A stretch of 64,000 bases of DNA from an uncultured delta proteobacterium (GTDB taxonomy: Bacteria; Myxococcota; Myxococcia; Myxococcales; Myxococcaceae). Below are positions 59,324 to 64,000 of this stretch, one piece after another. The DNA is taken from NCBI GenBank assembly GCA_963713045.1, contig CAVQKE010000007.1, forward strand, positions 352,001-416,000, written 5' to 3'. Made by a program: the position numbers and the translations under genes. The first letter of the stretch is position 1. Every line of letters begins with the position of its first letter. The notes beneath the pieces were generated by a model. It was given only the letters and a program-made list of their open reading frames with translations. It did no database searches and was not told where the DNA came from.

Positions 59324-60190
59324 CTAGGCTGTCGACAACGCCCGCATGCGGGCGGCGGCGAGACGGAGGTATTCGGCGCTACTGTCGAAGCCGAGGAAGC
59401 GGCGGGACAGCTTCAGCGCGGCGACGCCGGTGGTGCCGGAGCCGCAGAAGGGGTCCAGCACCAGGGCGCCCTCTTTGCTGCTGGCCTGCACCACGCGCTC
59501 GAGGAGGGCGAGCGGCTTTTGCGTGGGGTGTCGTCCATGGGCCTTTTCCGCGGCCTTCGGTCCGGTGAGGGTCCACACGCGCCCTTGCCCGTCCGCGTCG
59601 ACTTCCTCCTCTCCGGGCCGAGGCAGCGCCCACACGTCGCGCATCTGCTTTCCGCCCGCCTGCTGCCGCATGTCCGCGTATTGGAAGGTGTGCAGCAAGC
59701 GCGGGCCTGGGCGGGGAGCGGCCCAGATGAGCAATTCCGAGGAGTGGGTGAAGTAGCGGCAGGAGAGGTTGGGGCTTGCGTTGGGCTTGTACCAGGTGAC
59801 GGTGTTGAGCAGCTTGAAACCCAGCGACTGAAGGGCGAACCCGACGGAGAAGATTCCATGCTGGGTGCCGGACACCCAGAGGGTGCCCTCCGGCTTCAGC
59901 ACCCTTTGGCAAGCGGCCAGCCAGGCCACGTTGAAGCGGTGGTCCTCGGCGAGGCCGCGCGAGGCGTCCCAGGCGCCTTTGCGCACCGGGGCGCGGCGTC
60001 CAGCGTGGCAGGTGAAGCCGCCGTTGGAGAGGAAGTAGGGCGGGTCTGCGAAAACCAAGTCCACCGATGCCGCCGGCAGCTGCGCCAGAAGCTCGCGACA
60101 GTCCCCGTGGGCCAGTGTCCACCCTGCGCCCGCGGCGTGTGGCGACGGAAGGCCGCCGCGCAAACGAAGTGGCTGTGGGGCGATGGCCAT
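59324..60190 (-). CDS. Orphan beta-class N6-adenine DNA methyltransferase (DpnA/M2.DpnII-like)
   Basis: DLVFADPPYFLSNGG...KG.WD, WYKPN..PNLSCRYFTHSSE, GKQMRDVW, HPTQKP, LDPFCGSGTTG. Confidence 0.9.
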   Translation of the reverse strand: MAIAPQPLRLRGGLPSPHAAGAGWTLAHGDCRELLAQLPAASVDLVFADPPYFLSNGGFTCHAGRRAPVRKGAWDASRGLAEDHRFNVAWLAACQRVLKPEGTLWVSGTQHGIFSVGFALQSLGFKLLNTVTWYKPNASPNLSCRYFTHSSELLIWAAPRPGPRLLHTFQYADMRQQAGGKQMRDVWALPRPGEEEVDADGQGRVWTLTGPKAAEKAHGRHPTQKPLALLERVVQASSKEGALVLDPFCGSGTTGVAALKLSRRFLGFDSSAEYLRLAAARMRALSTA

Positions 60191-60262
60191 GGGGAAGCCA
60201 CACCCTACGGGCCCACCAGGCGGGCGCGAGTTTTCGCGCCGAGTGCTACAGCGTTGAAGCGC

Positions 60263-60520
60263 CTACGCCTTGGCCTTGCTCGGCGCCTTGGCCTTCTTCA
60301 CTTCCACGGCGGCAGCGGCTGGCTTGGCCTCGTACTTCTTCCGGAAGCGCTCCACCCGTCCTTCGGTATCCACCAGCTTGTACTTGCCGGTGAAGAAGGG
60401 GTGGCAGTTGGAGCAGATTTCCACGTGGAAGGAGCCGCGGGTGCTGCGCGTCTCGATGATGTTGCCGCAGGCGCAGACAATCCGGCTCGGCGGGTAGACG
60501 GGATGCAGGTCCGGCTTCAT
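60263..60520 (-). CDS. rpmE: 50S ribosomal protein L31 (Zn-binding type)
   Basis: MKPDLHPVY...CACGN...TRST...[24 protein letters not shown]. Confidence 0.97.
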   Translation of the reverse strand: MKPDLHPVYPPSRIVCACGNIIETRSTRGSFHVEICSNCHPFFTGKYKLVDTEGRVERFRKKYEAKPAAAAVEVKKAKAPSKAKA

Positions 60521-60686
60521 GGTGCTTTCCAGCGTTGGGGGGCCGCCGCTTTCCCGTGCCGGGACTGGCACGAGGTCTTGGGTCGTCCCTCGGACGTACA
60601 GGGCCCGCGCTCATAACAGCCCCGCCCCAAGCCGGCAAGGGCAGCCACCCCCCCTCAACAGGGGAAACCCCAAGGAAACACGGAGC

Positions 60687-60733
60687 TTGACCCGTTTGCC
60701 GAAAAACAATAATGAGTCGCAAAATCATTTTCA
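60687..60733 (+). promoter_or_regulatory. Sigma70-like promoter overlapped by a Fur-box-like AT-rich element
   Basis: TTGACC (60687) ... AATAATGAGTCGCAAAATCATTTTCA; reverse strand reads TGAAAATGATTTT. Confidence 0.55.
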
Positions 60734-60750
60734 GCCAACCCCGAGACCCC

Positions 60751-61515
60751 ATGCGCCCGCGCGCCGCCGCCCTTCTCTCGCTGCTCGCTGGCTCCTCCGC
60801 CCTGGCCAGCGAGCGGACACTCACCTGGGAATACGATTCCAGTGTCCTGCCCCCCGGCAGCAAGGAACTGGAACTGTGGAGCACCGGCCGCTTCGGGAAG
60901 CCGGAGGGCTACAGCGCCTTCGACAACCGGGCCGAGCTGGAGATGGGCCTCGTCGACCAGCTGCAAACCTCCCTCTACGTCAACTTCGGCACCGTCTATG
61001 ACTACGGAAGCCTGGTTTCCAATTGGAGCATCTCCAACGAATGGAAGTGGAAGCTCCTCGACCCGGTGGCAGATGTCATCGGCTTGGCCCTCTACGGCGA
61101 ATTGACCTTCGGGCCGAGTGAGGAGGAAGTCGAAGCGAAAGTCATCTTGGACAAGCGCTTTGGAAAGCTGCTCCTCGCGCTGAATCTCATCGGCGAGTAC
61201 GAATGGGAAAACCTCAACCCGGGTTGGCTGCACGAACAGCAGCTGGAGGCCGCCTTCGGCACCGAATACAACCTCGGCGCTGGCTTCCACCTGGGCGTCG
61301 AAGCGCGCGTCAACTGCGTCTGGGAGGGCGGCACCGGCTTTGTGGGGGGAGCGGTCTTCGTTGGCCCGGTGCTCTCCTACGTGCGGCCGACGTGGTGGAT
61401 TGCGCTGTCCGTGCTGCCGCAGGTGGTGGGGTTTGGCAGTGGCACCGTCGATGGGCTGGAGCTCGACGACCATGAGCGCATCAACGTCCGGCTGCTGGCG
61501 GGCTTCGACTTATGA
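60751..61515 (+). CDS. Putative outer-membrane beta-barrel/porin (DUF6662-like)
   Basis: Signal peptide (..SALA-S); amphipathic beta strands (ELELW, ELEMGL, EWKW, LALYGE, EAKVILDK); C-terminal ..LLAGFDL. Confidence 0.75.
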   Translation: MRPRAAALLSLLAGSSALASERTLTWEYDSSVLPPGSKELELWSTGRFGKPEGYSAFDNRAELEMGLVDQLQTSLYVNFGTVYDYGSLVSNWSISNEWKWKLLDPVADVIGLALYGELTFGPSEEEVEAKVILDKRFGKLLLALNLIGEYEWENLNPGWLHEQQLEAAFGTEYNLGAGFHLGVEARVNCVWEGGTGFVGGAVFVGPVLSYVRPTWWIALSVLPQVVGFGSGTVDGLELDDHERINVRLLAGFDL

Positions 61516-63194
61516 CGCAGCCCCGCACCCGCGCTGTGGCCTGCGCCCTTGTCCTCTCCGGCTGCCTGGCGGGCCCTGGAGCACCTCCGGTGGACCCCTT
61601 CAAGCCTGCCGACCAGGCGCTGGGCGAGCGCATCTTTCGCGACCCCCGCTTCTCCCAATGGTTTGCCGCCCATTCGACGTCGATGAATGCCTTCCCCACC
61701 TCCGGTGACCCGACGGTGCAAGACGCCGTCAATGCATTGGGCCCGGACATGCCCGGCTCGCTGGCTGGAACCGCGATGGCCTGTTCGCTGTGCCATCTGG
61801 TGGAGCAAAACTCCATTCCCGATGGGGCCAATGCCAACGGCACCAACATGCGCGCCTACGCGGACTTCGCGCGGAAGAGTCCCATCCCCGACCGCGGCGA
61901 CGGGCAAAGCGTCACCCCGCGCAACGCCGCGGCGATGGTGGATGCGCTGGTGCCGCGGGAGGTGCCAGTGTTTCTGCACCATGACGGCCAATTCGTCTCG
62001 GCCGAGGACCTCATCGGGGCGACCTTCACCGGCCGAAATCTCGGCTGGCTCCCCACCGAAGCTTCCCAGGCGGTGGCGCACATTGCCAACGTCATCCGCC
62101 AAGACGACTGCAGCCAATTCATCGGGCCGGACCCCGGGCTTGCTGGCACCAGCTACGCGGCGGACTTTCTCGGCCAAGACGACCGAATTCCGGCGCGCCT
62201 GCGCCTTTTGCCGGAGGCGCGCATCGACGTCCGGAGCGCCAGCGACGAGGAAGTTCTGGCCAGCGTGGAGGCCGTGGTGGCGGCCTACATCAGCGGGCTG
62301 CGCTACAGCCGCGACACCAGCGGCGCCTACAACTTTTCGCCTTTCGACGTCTTCCTCAAACTCAACGGGCTTCCGCGCCAGCCAGACCCAGGCGAGGCCC
62401 CCCTGGACTACGCCCGGCGGCTGCGGACGGCCGTCGAGTCCATCGTGTCACCCCAGTGGGTGACAGCGGACATGGGCAGCTACATCCACCACGACCAGCC
62501 CTTCGTCTTTGGCCCGACGGAACTGGAGGGGCTGGAGGTGTTTTTGGCGGAGCCGCTTCTCCCTTCCCAAGCCCCCAACGGCGGCGGCGTCGGCAACTGC
62601 CTCGCCTGCCACACCCCCCCGGACTTCACCGACCATCTCTTCCACAACACCGGCGCCAGTCAGGTGGAATACGACTCGGTGCATGGCGATGGCGCCTTTT
62701 TCGCCCTGGCGGTGCCGGACCTCTCCGCACGCAATGCCAACCCGGCGGCGTACTTGCCGGCGTCGGCGGCCTACCCCACCGCCCGCGGGCGCTTTCGCGC
62801 CGCCGCCTCACCGGACGACCCGGGCCTGGCGGACTTGGGCCTGTGGAACGTCTTCGCCAACCCAGCCATGCCCAACCCCCAGCCGGCCCTGTCGGACGTG
62901 CTGTGCACGGCCCCCGGGACGATGGACTGCTCGGCCGAAGCCCTGTTGCCCACCACGCTGGCCCTCTTCAAGACGCCGGGGCTGCGCGACTTGGACGACA
63001 GCGCGCCCTACCTGCACAACGGCTCGGCCAATGACTTGTCGGCGGTGCTGGGCCAGTACCAGAAGGCTTCGGACTTGCAGCGCGCAGGCACCTTGCGCAA
63101 CGGCGATGCCCGGCTTTTGGGCATGCACCTCGCCTCCGCTGACTTCGCCCCCTTGCAGGCCTTCCTGCATTCGCTGACTGAGGACTACCAGTAG
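61512..63194 (+). CDS. Diheme cytochrome c peroxidase/MauG/MbnH-superfamily lipoprotein
   Basis: Lipobox LSG-C; LGERIFRDPRFS, CSLCH, PRNA, CLACH.PP.FTD..FHNTG, FKTPGLRDL..SAPYLHNG; ATGA-coupled to the porin. Confidence 0.88.
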   Translation: MTQPRTRAVACALVLSGCLAGPGAPPVDPFKPADQALGERIFRDPRFSQWFAAHSTSMNAFPTSGDPTVQDAVNALGPDMPGSLAGTAMACSLCHLVEQNSIPDGANANGTNMRAYADFARKSPIPDRGDGQSVTPRNAAAMVDALVPREVPVFLHHDGQFVSAEDLIGATFTGRNLGWLPTEASQAVAHIANVIRQDDCSQFIGPDPGLAGTSYAADFLGQDDRIPARLRLLPEARIDVRSASDEEVLASVEAVVAAYISGLRYSRDTSGAYNFSPFDVFLKLNGLPRQPDPGEAPLDYARRLRTAVESIVSPQWVTADMGSYIHHDQPFVFGPTELEGLEVFLAEPLLPSQAPNGGGVGNCLACHTPPDFTDHLFHNTGASQVEYDSVHGDGAFFALAVPDLSARNANPAAYLPASAAYPTARGRFRAAASPDDPGLADLGLWNVFANPAMPNPQPALSDVLCTAPGTMDCSAEALLPTTLALFKTPGLRDLDDSAPYLHNGSANDLSAVLGQYQKASDLQRAGTLRNGDARLLGMHLASADFAPLQAFLHSLTEDYQ

Positions 63195-63206
63195 CGGGCC
63201 CCGGGC

Positions 63207-64000
63207 CTAGCGCTTGGCGGCAGACTTCTTCAGCTCCGCCAGCCGGGCCTTGGCCTTCTTGGCCGCATCGGTGCCGGGGTAGCGCTTGATGACCTGTTCC
63301 AGCGCGGCTTGGGCAGCGTCGAGGTTTTTCAGTCGCTGGAAGCAGTCGGCCGAGTGCAAGAGCGCGGTGGGCATGGACTTGCTGTTGGGGAAGGCCTTCA
63401 CCAGCTGCCCGTACTCCGGGAGTGCCTCGGCGCAGCGGTCCTCGACAAAGTAAGACTCGCCCAGCTGGAAGTGCGCCTCCCCGGCCAGGTCGTCTCGGGG
63501 GTACTTTTTGATGAAGTCCACATACAGCTGCCGTGCCACGGCGACGTCGCCCGCCTTCTGCTTGGCCTGGGCCAGCGCGAAGAAGTCCTTCTTCTCCGCT
63601 GGACGGGGGATGTCCGCTCCCGCCGGCTGCGCCGGCTTGGCGGCTTGGACGCCGGGGAGGGCATTCACCTCGGTCTGCAGCTGGTCGAGCTGGTGGACGT
63701 AGGCGTCCACCTGGCCGCGCAGCGTGGCCATGTCCTCCACCACCTTTTGCAGCTGGACGCCGATGTCGGCGTCACTGCGCCGCCCGGCCTGGTCCAGGCC
63801 GTCCAGGGCCTTCTGCACCTCGGCCAGTTTCTGGTCCACCCGGGGGAGAGATTCGTTCAGCTTGTCCTCTTGGGCCTTCAGCTGAGCGCGCAGCGCCTCG
63901 TTGTCCGAGGACAGCTTGTCCACCCGCAGCTCCAGTTGGTTGCCCTTCTCCGAGGTGTAGCAGCCCGGTAGCCCGAGGGCGAAGACCGACAGCAGAACCG
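63207..64000 (-). CDS. cpoB: Tol-Pal associated TPR lipoprotein CpoB/YbgF (5' end outside the window)
   Basis: ..FALGLPG-C lipobox near the window edge, coiled coil, FIKKYP..DLAGEAHFQLGESY, FPNS..MPTALL, VIKRYPGT.AA. Confidence 0.75.
   Translation of the reverse strand, partial: VLLSVFALGLPGCYTSEKGNQLELRVDKLSSDNEALRAQLKAQEDKLNESLPRVDQKLAEVQKALDGLDQAGRRSDADIGVQLQKVVEDMATLRGQVDAYVHQLDQLQTEVNALPGVQAAKPAQPAGADIPRPAEKKDFFALAQAKQKAGDVAVARQLYVDFIKKYPRDDLAGEAHFQLGESYFVEDRCAEALPEYGQLVKAFPNSKSMPTALLHSADCFQRLKNLDAAQAALEQVIKRYPGTDAAKKAKARLAELKKSAAKR

Overview
A GC-rich (roughly 70%) chromosomal segment, very probably from a myxobacterium (Myxococcales). The evidence is an mrpA-mrpB-mrpC developmental locus and myxobacterial-type gene order. 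The core backbone carries dapF, hpt, prs, rplY-pth, rpsF-rpsR-rplI-dnaB, thiD/thiE, clpB, truA, rpmE and cpoB. Accessory blocks interrupt it: an IPT/TIG+RCC1 surface lipoprotein, a tricorn protease and an MpaB/Lcp-like oxygenase between prs and rplY, and an island at about 44.7-59.1 kb. The strongest candidate for an undescribed system is at 48.6-54.2 kb. There a sigma54-type promoter precedes two small exported acidic proteins sharing a D-x-G-P-G motif, then an ECF sigma factor, a Zn-finger transmembrane anti-sigma factor and a secreted TPR-CHAT (caspase-like) protease with an intact His/Cys dyad. GATC is almost absent (about 6 sites found by eye, all in accessory genes), and the window carries an orphan DpnA-like adenine methyltransferase. 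Also notable are a porin plus MauG/MbnH-like diheme lipoprotein behind a Fur-like box, several apparent pseudo-enzymes, and a (G7-10 Y)x5 extension on ribosomal protein S18. Three single-base frameshifts are most likely sequencing errors. I recognised no rRNA, tRNA, CRISPR array, transposase or integrase. All calls come from motif recognition by eye; no database searches were run.
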